Source: a virus
Lineage: Duplodnaviria > Caudoviricetes
IMG/VR virus record: IMGVR_UViG_3300028388_002571
Location: 1 to 47,406 of that record
Length of the DNA: 47,406 bases
Direction: 5' to 3' (one strand)
The translations under genes were made by a program, and so were the position numbers. This document shows positions 9,191 through 19,000 of the stretch, one piece after another. How positions within the stretch are numbered: the first letter of the stretch is position 1; each line of letters starts with the position of its first letter. The notes under the pieces are model-generated. The model saw only the letters and a program-made list of their open reading frames with translations. It was not told the origin of the DNA and ran no database searches.

Positions 9191-9622
9191 ATGAGCTTTT
9201 GGGGGAGATTGTTCGGAGCGCCCGAGATCGTCGATAAGACCGTGGATGCAGTAGTCGCGACCGGCGACGCGCTGTTCTACACCGAGGAGGAAAAAGCCGA
9301 GAGCAAACAGAAGGTGCTGGACTGGGCGCTCAAGTGGCACGAAGCCACCAGCGGGTCGCGCCTTGCCAGACGGTTTATCGGCGTGATGTTCACAGCGGTG
9401 TTCCTGGCGCTGGTGGTTATCACGGCCGTCCTTTACGGGTTTGGGGCTTTCTTCCAGGCGACGGACCCCGAGACCGGCGCGGTGATAACCCACGCCGCGA
9501 CGAACGCCGGCACGGCCATCGCGACCCTGGTTGCCGACGCGCTGGTGATCCCCGTCGGGATCATAGTGACGTTCTACTTCGGCGGCCCGGCGATAGCGAA
9601 CATCAAAAAGGGCAAGGACTAA
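9191..9622 (+). CDS. Putative holin
   Basis: 143 aa, amphipathic N-terminus with FYTEEEKAE, two long hydrophobic segments, IVTFYFG and basic tail; upstream of the endolysin. Confidence 0.65.
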   Translation: MSFWGRLFGAPEIVDKTVDAVVATGDALFYTEEEKAESKQKVLDWALKWHEATSGSRLARRFIGVMFTAVFLALVVITAVLYGFGAFFQATDPETGAVITHAATNAGTAIATLVADALVIPVGIIVTFYFGGPAIANIKKGKD

Positions 9623-9631
9623 GGGGGGCGT

Positions 9632-10036
9632 ATGACAGCCGAGACGACGGAGCCGGGGGTGGGACGCCGGCACGACTGGCAGGACCGGCGCTTCTTAGAG
9701 CGCACGGTGCACGGCATCGACACGCGCCTGACCCGGGTGGAGGAAAGGCAGAAGGGCGACGAGGAGCGCCGAGACATGTTCGAGAGGGCGATGGAGGAGG
9801 TTCACCGTCAGATGTACTCGAAGATCGACGACGTTCACAGCTCGGTGGTGCATGGGCTGCATCAACTCGACACGCGATTCCAGGCGCATGTCGACCAGGA
9901 GGACGAAGACCGGAAGACGCTCATCAAAAACCAGCGCGACACGATCAAGAGCATGAGAGCCGTGGCCTGGACCGTAGGGCTCGCGATAGCAGGCTTCGTC
10001 GCCAACGTCGTCGCCCACAAGTGGGGGCTGTTGTGA
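9632..10036 (+). CDS. Coiled-coil protein with C-terminal transmembrane helix (lysis region)
   Basis: 134 aa, single hydrophobic C-terminal segment. Confidence 0.6.
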   Translation: MTAETTEPGVGRRHDWQDRRFLERTVHGIDTRLTRVEERQKGDEERRDMFERAMEEVHRQMYSKIDDVHSSVVHGLHQLDTRFQAHVDQEDEDRKTLIKNQRDTIKSMRAVAWTVGLAIAGFVANVVAHKWGLL

Positions 10037-10212
10037 GCATCGAGATCGAGATGATGAACGAGCTACTCGACAGGATCATCGCCCTGGAGGCGAAACAGGT
10101 CGAGATGGACACGCGCCTCAGGCGAGCCGAGTTCCGTGTCAGAACCGGAGCCTACGCGCAGATAGCGCCCGACCCGGCAGGCCCGACCAACGACCAGGGG
10201 GAGCGTCAATGA
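10033..10212 (+). CDS. Small hypothetical protein
   Basis: GTG start overlapping the previous stop; fills the gap and its stop overlaps the next start. Confidence 0.5.
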   Translation: MSIEIEMMNELLDRIIALEAKQVEMDTRLRRAEFRVRTGAYAQIAPDPAGPTNDQGERQ

Positions 10213-10505
10213 GCAAGCGGAACTGGGGTCTCCAGATGGCCATTGCGTTCGACCAGTTGTTCAACGCGCTGACCGGAGGGTGGGCCGACGAGACCCTCAG
10301 CGCGAGGGCATGGCGCAAAAGCCAGAAACCCGACAAGGCCCATTGGGTCTGGATACGGCGCGCGATAGACGCACTGTTCTTCTGGCAGAAGGGGCACTGC
10401 GAAGACGCCTACATGGCCGAGAAGGCCCGCGAGGGCATGCCGCCCGAGTACCGGGACATCGCCGACGAAATAGCCGAGCAGCATTGGAGGGACGCAGGCC
10501 GATGA
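10209..10505 (+). CDS. Phage hypothetical protein
   Basis: DQLFNALTGGWADETLSARAWR...IDALFFWQ.GHC pattern common near phage tail and lysis genes; GGAG RBS. Confidence 0.75.
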   Translation: MSKRNWGLQMAIAFDQLFNALTGGWADETLSARAWRKSQKPDKAHWVWIRRAIDALFFWQKGHCEDAYMAEKAREGMPPEYRDIADEIAEQHWRDAGR

Positions 10506-10813
10506 AGTTCAAGCTGGGGGTTTCGATAAACGGCATCAGGCCGGAGTTGATCTTGGGGGTCATGGTGGTGGCGCGCGAGTTCGAGCGCCGCAACCTGGAC
10601 GTGGTTATCACCAGCGGGACGGACGGGACGCACAGCCGCACGTCGCTCCACTACGCCGGGCAGGCGGTGGACTTCAGAACCCGCCACGCCACGCAACAGC
10701 AGATCGACGAGATCGTGACCGAGGTCAACGAGGCCATCGGCGAACACTTCGACTGCATCGCAGAGCAGACGCATATCCATCTCGAGTACCAGCCGACCAG
10801 GGGAATCGGGTGA
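10502..10813 (+). CDS. Endolysin, peptidase M15-like zinc peptidase
   Basis: ATG 10502; VITSGTDG.H, SLHYAGQAVD (SxHx6D) and HIHLE motifs. Confidence 0.8.
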   Translation: MKFKLGVSINGIRPELILGVMVVAREFERRNLDVVITSGTDGTHSRTSLHYAGQAVDFRTRHATQQQIDEIVTEVNEAIGEHFDCIAEQTHIHLEYQPTRGIG

Positions 10814-10857
10814 GGGAAACAGGGGCGACAGGACGGGGCAAGTGATCTGGCAAGCGC

Positions 10858-11070
10858 ATGACAGGGGGCAACGTGGCGGTCATTTTGGAGTTCCCGAACG
10901 GCAAGCAATACGCGGGCATCGGCTTCCGGGAGATCGCCCGCATGAAGGCGTTTCTGGCCGCCCAGCAGGCAGGCGAGAACGTCCGCAACGCAGACGGGTA
11001 TTGGATTTCTTTTCACCCGCTAACCGAGCGCGAGGAGTACCGAGGCATCGTGGTGGAGACCTACGGATGA
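10858..11070 (+). CDS. Hypothetical protein
   Basis: 70 aa, stop overlaps the next start (ATGA). Confidence 0.5.
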   Translation: MTGGNVAVILEFPNGKQYAGIGFREIARMKAFLAAQQAGENVRNADGYWISFHPLTEREEYRGIVVETYG

Positions 11071-11345
11071 GAATCCCGATGTCTTTCCTCGATTGCGTGC
11101 GGCACAAGTCGCTCGACACGCTTTATTCGATGCTCCACTGCTTCGCGGCGTTGGAGCGCGACCTGGAGGAGGACAACAAAGCCCTAAAGCGGTATTTCGA
11201 GGAGGGCAAGGTCGTGATGATGAGGCAGTGCGACGCCTGCGGGGCGGACATTACCCGCGAAACGGTCTCGGCGATGCTTTCGATGGTAAAGCTCGCCATT
11301 TCGGAGCGAGAAAGGCTCAACAACAGCAACCTAATCGAGGATTAA
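11067..11345 (+). CDS. Hypothetical protein with a CxxC motif
   Basis: ATG 11067 coupled to the upstream stop; 92 aa; ends 3 bp before the tail tube gene. Confidence 0.55.
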   Translation: MRIPMSFLDCVRHKSLDTLYSMLHCFAALERDLEEDNKALKRYFEEGKVVMMRQCDACGADITRETVSAMLSMVKLAISERERLNNSNLIED

Positions 11346-11348
11346 GCG

Positions 11349-12077
11349 ATGGACTATTCATATATCGGCGTGGGCCCGATCTACCTCCGCAAGATTGGCG
11401 GGACGGACGGCCTGAAGCCTATCGGCAACGTCAGCGAACTCAACTTCTCCGCGCAGGAAGAACAGAAGGAACTGATGGACTACACCAGCGCGGGCGGCGG
11501 TACGCGAAACGAGAAGCGTCGGATCAGCGGCGTCGAGGTCTCGATCACGATGCACGACCTCAGCCCCGACAACCTCGCTATCGCCATGTACGGCGACACC
11601 ACCGCGGTCACCGCAGGATCGGTCGCCAGCGAGGAGATCACCGCCAAGCTGGACTCGCTGATCCGGTTGGCGCATGTGGCGCCGACGAGCGTCGTGGTGA
11701 AGAACCAAGCGGGTGATACGACCTACGTCGCCGGCACCGACTACGAAACCAAGCCGAGCGGCATCATCCCGCTGTCGACGGGCGCGATCACCGAAGACCA
11801 AGTGCTGGATGTCGCCTACAGCTACCCGGCCCAGGACGTTGTGCAGGCGTTGACCCAGGACGCCGGGGAATACGAACTGCTGTTCGACGGCATCAACGAG
11901 GCGCGCAGCGGTAAAGCCGCAGTGGTCAACGCGCACCGGGTTCGCTTTGGTGCGGCCCAGAACCTCGGCCTGATCGGCGACGACTACGCCGGCCTGGAAC
12001 TGACCGGGAAGCTCCTGGCAGACGACACCCAGGCGGAAGGCATCAGCCGGTTCTTCACCAGCACGCTGGTCAAGTAA
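11349..12077 (+). CDS. Major tail (tube) protein
   Basis: 242 aa, IGNVSELNFS and LLFDGINEA motifs, upstream of the tape measure; no sheath gene seen, so a non-contractile tail. Confidence 0.85.
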   Translation: MDYSYIGVGPIYLRKIGGTDGLKPIGNVSELNFSAQEEQKELMDYTSAGGGTRNEKRRISGVEVSITMHDLSPDNLAIAMYGDTTAVTAGSVASEEITAKLDSLIRLAHVAPTSVVVKNQAGDTTYVAGTDYETKPSGIIPLSTGAITEDQVLDVAYSYPAQDVVQALTQDAGEYELLFDGINEARSGKAAVVNAHRVRFGAAQNLGLIGDDYAGLELTGKLLADDTQAEGISRFFTSTLVK

Positions 12078-12084
12078 GGAATCG

Positions 12085-12201
12085 AGGCACCCGCCTCAAC
12101 GATGGTTGCCCCAACAGCCTACGGGTGCCGTGGCCCACACCACGGCGGGGCAACCTCAAACGCGAGCCGTTGTGGGGCGGCAGATGTTTGAGGATATTGA
12201 T
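12085..12201 (+). ncRNA. Candidate structured cis-regulatory leader RNA
   Basis: 9-bp stem 12104-12112/12147-12155 enclosing a cUACGg hairpin and a 7-bp stem 12127-12133/12140-12146; outer stem about 12091-12105/12167-12180; 12154-12161 can pair with 12186-12193, which overlaps the RBS. Confidence 0.45.
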
Positions 12202-12750
12202 ATGGCACAGCCAACGACCGACAGCGAACTTCTGGGGCCGATGATTGCAGTACGCAGCCCCGCCACGATCAGCAACCCGGACGCGAACAACCTCATTTAC
12301 TGGACGGACAGCTACCTGCTGGAGTTCAGCCGATGCCAGAGCGCCACGCGCCGCGAGACGACGCCGCACGACCTGCGGCGGATCAAGGAGTGTTTCTCGG
12401 CCCTGCGGTTGCGGACGCAACATTTCGCCGGCCTGCCCGAGCGCGACCGCCCGAAGTACCACCCCGAGGACATTCCGGTGAAGCCGGGCCCGCAACTCAA
12501 CCGGGTTGAGAACGCCGACGTTCAGCACATTCTCGACACGCTGGTGGCGATCCGGGTTCAGTTGGGCTTTATGGACTCAGCCGAGCGCGCGACCGGACTG
12601 TCCTCGCACGACCTCGACCGCCTGATCGCGGAGTACGACAAGGCCGACAAGTACATCGAGGAAGTGATGACCCCACAGCCCGGGCACGATCTGCCGGACG
12701 CGGATCTTCAAGAGCCCACTCCTCAGGACGCGATTCGTTCGAATTACTGA
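12202..12750 (+). CDS. Hypothetical protein made of two similar halves
   Basis: GAGGA RBS before ATG 12202; 182 aa; N.D...SA.R...HDL.R...P.D.P pattern occurs twice. Confidence 0.7.
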   Translation: MAQPTTDSELLGPMIAVRSPATISNPDANNLIYWTDSYLLEFSRCQSATRRETTPHDLRRIKECFSALRLRTQHFAGLPERDRPKYHPEDIPVKPGPQLNRVENADVQHILDTLVAIRVQLGFMDSAERATGLSSHDLDRLIAEYDKADKYIEEVMTPQPGHDLPDADLQEPTPQDAIRSNY

Positions 12751-12755
12751 GGTCC

Positions 12756-12798
12756 CGGCCGGAGTGACCTACGTCTATCGGGGTCGCTTCGGCCGTTT
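12756..12798 (+). terminator. Probable terminator hairpin
   Basis: 14-bp stem with G-U pairs 12756-12769/12782-12795 followed by only TTT (weak U tract). Confidence 0.4.
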
Positions 12799-12816
12799 CA
12801 TCAGGGTATGGGATAA

Positions 12817-15684
12817 ATGGCGGACAACTTAGAACTCGCGCTCAAGATCAAGGCGCTCGTTGAGGGCCTGAAGAACGTCGAGAGCCTGACGAACGAGGTG
12901 GAGGCGCTGGGCAAGCAAGCCGGCGTCAAGCTACCCGATCCGACGGACGACCTCGACAAGGGCGCGAAAGATGCGGCGCAGTCGATGGAAGGGCTGCGCC
13001 GGTCCGTCTTGGCGTTGGGTGCCGCCATAGCCGGCGGCGCCCTGGCCAAGTCGTTCCTGAATACCGCGAAGAACGCCGAACGCTTCGCGATCCAGTTGGA
13101 GACCATCGAGGGGAGCGCGGAGGCCGCCCAGGCCAGCCTCGGCTGGATTCGAGAGTTCACGAAAGAAACCCCCTACTCGCTCGCCGAGGTCACGGCGGCG
13201 TTCACCAAGCTGAAAGCCTACGGCATCGACCCGACAGACGGCGCGCTCCGTTCGCTGGGTGACACCGCGAGCGCGATGGGCAAGCCGCTCGAACAGGCGG
13301 TCGAAGCCCTCGCCGACGCGATGACGGGCGAATACGAACGCCTCAAGGAATTCGGCATCAAGGCCCGGACCGAGGGCGACGTGGTTCGCTTCCACTACGT
13401 CAAAAACGGCGAGCAGATGGTCAAGGCCGCGCAGAACGCCAGCCAGGAGAGCATCAAGGCGACCCTGGAGGCGATCTGGAACGACCGTTATGGCGGCGGC
13501 ATGGCCAAGTTCCAGAGCAGCTGGCAAGGGATGACCAGCAACCTCGGCGATATGTGGGCGCAGTTTCAGAATCAGGTGATGGACGCCGGGGTGTTCGACG
13601 CGATGAAGGACGCGCTCGAAGACCTACTCGAACAGGTGAACGAGGCCGCCCGGAGCGGCGAACTCAAGGAGTGGGCCGAGAGCGTCGCAGCGGCCGTCAA
13701 GGCGCTGATCGAGGGGATAGGATCGCTGACGAGCTTCCTCGCCGAGAACCGCGAAGTCATTGCCGAGTTGGTGAAGATCTACGGCGTCTATCGCGTCATG
13801 ACCTCGCAGTTGGTGCGCTCGACGCTCGACTTCGGCAAGGCGCTGATGGGTATGGCGGCCAGCGCCAAGGCCGCCGAGGCAGCGACCGCCAAGCTCAACG
13901 CCACGCTGAAAGCCGCCGGGTGGGCCACCATCGCCGTCCAGGTATACAACCTCAGCAAGGCGACCATCGACCTCGCCAACGACTGGAACACCGCCGCAGA
14001 GCAGATGCGGCAGTCGCGCGAGGACACCGCCGCCCACCGAAAAGAGATGGCGGCCTTCTACGACGAGATCACGCAGCGGACCGGCGTGGTGGTGCAGAAC
14101 ATCGACGATCTGCGCCGGGCGAACCAGGAAGGGACGCTCGTTCTAGATAAGACCACCAAGCAGTGGGTCCTAGCCGCCGACGCGATAGAGAAGACCGCCG
14201 CCGCGAGCGAAAAGGCGGTCGCGCCCGCCAGCGCCCAGGCCGAGGCGCTGGATCGCAACGCAATAGCCGCCCGAGAACTGGCCGACAAGTTCACCGAGGC
14301 CGCCGCGGCCGCCGAGGAGGCCGACAGCAAGGTCCGCGAGCTTGTCGCCGGGATTGATCTGACCAGCGCCGATTCGGTCGCCCAGCTTGGGCAGGCGATG
14401 GGGATGCTCCACGTCGAGTCGAAAGGCACCGCCCAGGCAGTACGCGACCAGTTGATGCCCGCGATCCAGGGGCTCGACGCCGCGCAGCTACAGCAGTTCA
14501 GCGCAGCCCTCCAGTCGAGCTACCAGAGCGGCATGACCGGCGGCCAAGCCCTGGCGGACATGAACACGATGGTCCTACAGGCCAGCTTCGACGCGCTGGG
14601 GCTGTCGGCAGAGACGGCGCTGGGCCGGATAAGCCCCGCCGCCCAGGAGGCGATCACCAGCCTGCGGACGATACGCGAGACCCTGGAGACGGCCGCGGAC
14701 GGCGGCGAGGCCAAGATGGAAGCCCTCGGGGATGCCGTAGCAGCGGCGCTCGACAGCGCGGACACCATAGCGTCTGTGGAGGCCCTGAAGGACGAGATCG
14801 AGGACATGGGCCGCACCGGGGAGTTGGCCGGCAAGGCGCTCAAACAGGCCATGCTCGGCGTGAAGCAGCGCATGGACACCCTAACCCCGGGTATCCAGTC
14901 GGTCGAGGAGGCGTATCGCCAGTTGGGCCTCGTCAGCCAAGCCGAGATGAAAAAGGTCGCCAAGGCCAGCCGGGAAGCCTACGAAGTCATCAAGAGCGCC
15001 AACGCGCCCATAGGCGACCAGAAGGCCGCATGGGTGGCATACGCCGAGGCAGCCATCGAGGCCAACGGCGGGGTCGCAACGTCGGCGCTGAAGACCGAAG
15101 CGAAGATCCTTGGTCTGACCGAGGAGTTGAACGACCTCACCGGCGCCCAGGAAAAAGCCTCAGGCGCGACCGAGAAGGCCGCCCGGTCACTCGACAAGCA
15201 AGGTGAGGCCGCGGACCGCACGTCGAAGAAGATCGACAAGGTGGCGAAAAGCACCGAGAAGGCCGCCAAGGCCGCGAAGGACGCCGAGAAAAACAAGCCC
15301 AACGAGCGCGCCGGCGGCGACCAGGGGCCGATGACGATCACCGACATGGATCAGGCGTATGGCGAGTATATGAAGTCGCGCAGCGGCCCCCGCTACGGGC
15401 GGCGCTGGTACGAAAACGCGATGCGCGACTGGAACAAGATGAACGCCGACGAGAAGTCGGCATGGCACCCGCGCAACGAACAGAACCGGACCTCGATCCT
15501 CGCCCAGGCCAAAGCCGGCCGCGAGCCCCAGCGCGAACAGCCCGCCATAGCGCCCGTGAAGACCGTTCGGATGGAGTTAAGCCTAGCGGGCAAGCAACAC
15601 GCGTTCGACGTACCAGAGGGCCAGGAGAGCGCCGTGGAGGCCCTTATGCGTGACCTCGAAGCCGGAGCCTCGACCGCACAATGA
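12817..15684 (+). CDS. Tape measure protein
   Basis: 955 aa, Ala-rich helical, TPYSLAEVTAAFTKLKAYG and GEYERLKEFGI tape-measure motifs. Confidence 0.93.
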   Translation: MADNLELALKIKALVEGLKNVESLTNEVEALGKQAGVKLPDPTDDLDKGAKDAAQSMEGLRRSVLALGAAIAGGALAKSFLNTAKNAERFAIQLETIEGSAEAAQASLGWIREFTKETPYSLAEVTAAFTKLKAYGIDPTDGALRSLGDTASAMGKPLEQAVEALADAMTGEYERLKEFGIKARTEGDVVRFHYVKNGEQMVKAAQNASQESIKATLEAIWNDRYGGGMAKFQSSWQGMTSNLGDMWAQFQNQVMDAGVFDAMKDALEDLLEQVNEAARSGELKEWAESVAAAVKALIEGIGSLTSFLAENREVIAELVKIYGVYRVMTSQLVRSTLDFGKALMGMAASAKAAEAATAKLNATLKAAGWATIAVQVYNLSKATIDLANDWNTAAEQMRQSREDTAAHRKEMAAFYDEITQRTGVVVQNIDDLRRANQEGTLVLDKTTKQWVLAADAIEKTAAASEKAVAPASAQAEALDRNAIAARELADKFTEAAAAAEEADSKVRELVAGIDLTSADSVAQLGQAMGMLHVESKGTAQAVRDQLMPAIQGLDAAQLQQFSAALQSSYQSGMTGGQALADMNTMVLQASFDALGLSAETALGRISPAAQEAITSLRTIRETLETAADGGEAKMEALGDAVAAALDSADTIASVEALKDEIEDMGRTGELAGKALKQAMLGVKQRMDTLTPGIQSVEEAYRQLGLVSQAEMKKVAKASREAYEVIKSANAPIGDQKAAWVAYAEAAIEANGGVATSALKTEAKILGLTEELNDLTGAQEKASGATEKAARSLDKQGEAADRTSKKIDKVAKSTEKAAKAAKDAEKNKPNERAGGDQGPMTITDMDQAYGEYMKSRSGPRYGRRWYENAMRDWNKMNADEKSAWHPRNEQNRTSILAQAKAGREPQREQPAIAPVKTVRMELSLAGKQHAFDVPEGQESAVEALMRDLEAGASTAQ

Positions 15685-16079
15685 CCCCGATACTTCTCAG
15701 CGACGGCGTGACGACGATAGAGCTACCCGGCGACCTGTTCTGGTCCGACGAGTACGGGTGGGCCGGCGCCACGCAGTCGTTCACGCGCTCCGTAAGCGGT
15801 GCCCTAATCATTCAGTCGGCGGCAAAGCAGGCCGGACGACCGATCACCCTGGAACCGCCCCAGAACGGCGCCTGGATGACGCGAGCGGACCTTGCCCTCG
15901 CCCAGGCGTGGGCCGACACCCCGGACAAACAGATGACGCTGACCCTTCAGGGGGGCAACTACAGCGTCATGTTCAGGCAGGACGGCGGGCTTCCAGTCGA
16001 GGCGAAGCCGGTGATGTTCTTCGCCGACCCCCAGCCGGACCACTACGTCACCGCGACGTTTCGGTTCATAACGATCTGA
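15681..16079 (+). CDS. Distal tail protein-like
   Basis: LPGDLFWSDEYGW and GRPITL motifs; coupled to the tape measure stop. Confidence 0.75.
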   Translation: MTPILLSDGVTTIELPGDLFWSDEYGWAGATQSFTRSVSGALIIQSAAKQAGRPITLEPPQNGAWMTRADLALAQAWADTPDKQMTLTLQGGNYSVMFRQDGGLPVEAKPVMFFADPQPDHYVTATFRFITI

Positions 16080-16089
16080 GGAAACCCGA

Positions 16090-19000
16090 ATGCCCATCCA
16101 AGAAGACAACATCGTATTCGTCGAGTCCCAGGTGATGGACGACGTGCCCGAGGGCGGCGGCGCGGCGACCGGCAACGTCATAATCGACGGGCAGATGAAC
16201 AACGTGTTCGAGGACATCAGCGACCTCGACCGGGCCTATGGGCGGTTCAATCTGCGGAAGCTCTTTCTCGCGGTGCGCGCGGTGAATACCGACCTCTACG
16301 GCGGCGCCAAGTCGGTCATCACGCAGCTACCGGAAGACGAGGCCGTCGGCTACACCCTGTTCAGCACGGACGACCAGTTCGACACCCGGGCCAGCGCAGC
16401 CAACAAGGTCGAAGCCTACCTCTACAAGGGGCCGATGTGGCACGGCGCGCTGCACGAAAACCATATCACCGGGATGCGGGCGATCTCGGTTATCCAGAAC
16501 GTCGACACGGCCTTGCCGCCCATCGGGAAAACCCTGTGCTTGGTTCAAGACGAGAACGAGCCCGGGGAGGTCGAGCAATACGTCCGGGTGACGGATGTCG
16601 AGGCGATAGAGACCGAGTTCGAAGACCAATACGGCACCTTCACCCGGTGGATCGTTCGCATGGACATAAGCGACGCCCTGCGATTCGACTTCAAGGGCCA
16701 CACAGTCAACCGTTATAACTCCTACAACTACACCGACAAGACGCGCCTCCGCGACACCACCGTCGCAGACGCCACGCTCTACTTCGGCAGCCAGAAACTC
16801 GCCGAACCGGCCGCGATAGGCGACCTGACCGTGAAGGCGGCCTCGATGTACACCCAACTGGTGCCAAGCGCCCAGACCGAAACCCCGCTGACATCGCAGA
16901 TGTTGGCGTCGGAGTTGGCGCCGATGGTGAGCGGCGCCCCAGGCACGATCACCTACACCGAAACCGGCTTCAATCCTCGCGATGTTTCGTTCGCGACGCG
17001 GACCGGGGTGCTGCCCGGGACGCTAGCGATCACATGGTCGGGCAACGTCATCACCGACGACGGCAAGGGGAGTCTCTACTATTCGGGAACCAAGTGCGGC
17101 ACCATCGACTACGCCTCCGGGGAGTGCGTGACGGACAGCAACGCCCCAAGCGCCTTGACCACCTGGACGTTCTCGTATCGCCCCGCCGCAGCGTGCGCGC
17201 AGCAATCCCACCAGAAAGCATTTCAAGTCACCGTGGAGAACCGGCGCCTGAACTGGCTGACGACCCTCAGCCCGGTTCCGGCACCCGGGACGCTTTCAGT
17301 CGCGTTTATGGCCCAGGGGAACTGGTATCAGTTGGACGACGACGGCACCGGGCAGATCAAAGGGGAGGACGCGAGCAACGGCGCCGGGACGATCAGCTTC
17401 GTGACCGGCGACCTAGCCGTGACGCTGGGCGCCCTACCCGACGCCGGCAGCCAGATAATGATTACCTACGCGTCGACGGTGCATTACACGTCGCGCGGAG
17501 GCGACGTCGAGACCGACCCGCGCATCACGATGACCCAGACGGTCGGCGAGGCGGTGAACCCCGGCACGTTTGAGTTGAGTTGGTTGAGCGACGCCATCAC
17601 CCGGAGCGTCACCGCAGGGAACGACGGGGTGTTCACGGGCGACGCCGAAGGGTGGGTCGACTACGCGACGGGCGATTTTACGATCACGTTCAACTCAGAC
17701 CGGATCCCCGACCCGGGAACGCAGCTGGGTGTCGACTATGAACGCAACGGGGAACAGACCAAGGTGTTCAGCGGCGTGGCATCACCGGGCGGTCTGGCGA
17801 CTGTCGATGTCGGCGAAGGGATACGGCAGGGCTCGGTGAAGGTCGAGTGGTCGACCGACTCTATCGTGAAATTCGACGCGAGCGACCGCCGCATCAGCTA
17901 CTACGGCGGCAGCGCCCAGGTAGCGCACGCCGCCCGCCGGAACACCCAGGCCGGCGAGTCACGAGTGCGCCGCGACACGCACGAAGCGCACGACACCGGG
18001 AACGGTGCCCTTTCGGCCCTGCCGGGAAGTGTGGTCGACTACGTTCTGGGGCAGATAGTAGTGCCGGTGCTACCGGACGTGCCAGCGCGCAGCTGGGAGA
18101 GCAGCGGGGAGAGCAGCAGGTGGGTCGAGCACACCCTGGGCTCGGAGGTGTACCAGTTCAGCAGCGGCATTATCACAGTCACCTACACCCCGAGCGGCGC
18201 CCCGACCGAGGTCGTATCGACCACCCTCCCGCTACCCGATCTGAAGGTGCGGATTCTGCCGCGCCTCATCGACGAGTTTGTGGTGCCGGGCAGCGTCTAT
18301 ATGACCTGGAACGGGCAACACTACACCGACCGGAGCGGCACGATGTACCGCAGCATCGATGTCGACACTGGGGCCGGCGTGGAGGCCGGGACCATCGACT
18401 ACCTGACGGGCGAGGTGACGCTGACCAACTACGTCACCGGGACGGGAAGCGTCGTGGTTCAGTCGGTGCTAACCCGTTTCGGCGATTGGCTGGCCGTCGA
18501 CGGATATTTCAGGACGCAGATGGCGCCGATAAAGCCCGAGGCTCTTTCGGTTGTCGCGGTAGCGGCAGACGGAGAGCAGTTGAGCGGGATCGCCGACGCC
18601 GACGGGAACATCACGGGCGACTCGATAGCCGGCACGGTCGATTATGAGTTCGGCACCGCGCAGATTCAGTTCGGGAGCGACCCAGGCGGTGGCTGGGTGG
18701 AACGACAGGTCGACCCGGCGACGATTCGCTACTCGGCCGTGGCCTACAGCTACCTTCCGCTCGACGCGGGGATTCTCGGGATCGATCCGGTGCGCCTACC
18801 GGCCGACGGACGGGTGCCGATATTCCGCCCAGGCGGGCTCGTTATGGTCATGCACCGGCAGGACTACGCGGCCTCAGCCATAGCGAACGGCGGGACCATA
18901 GATGTCGGACGCACCCGCCTCGCGTGGGTCAGGGTCTTAGACGCCAACGGAGACGCTGTGAGCGGCGATCTTTACGAACTCGACCGAGTAAACGGCACCC

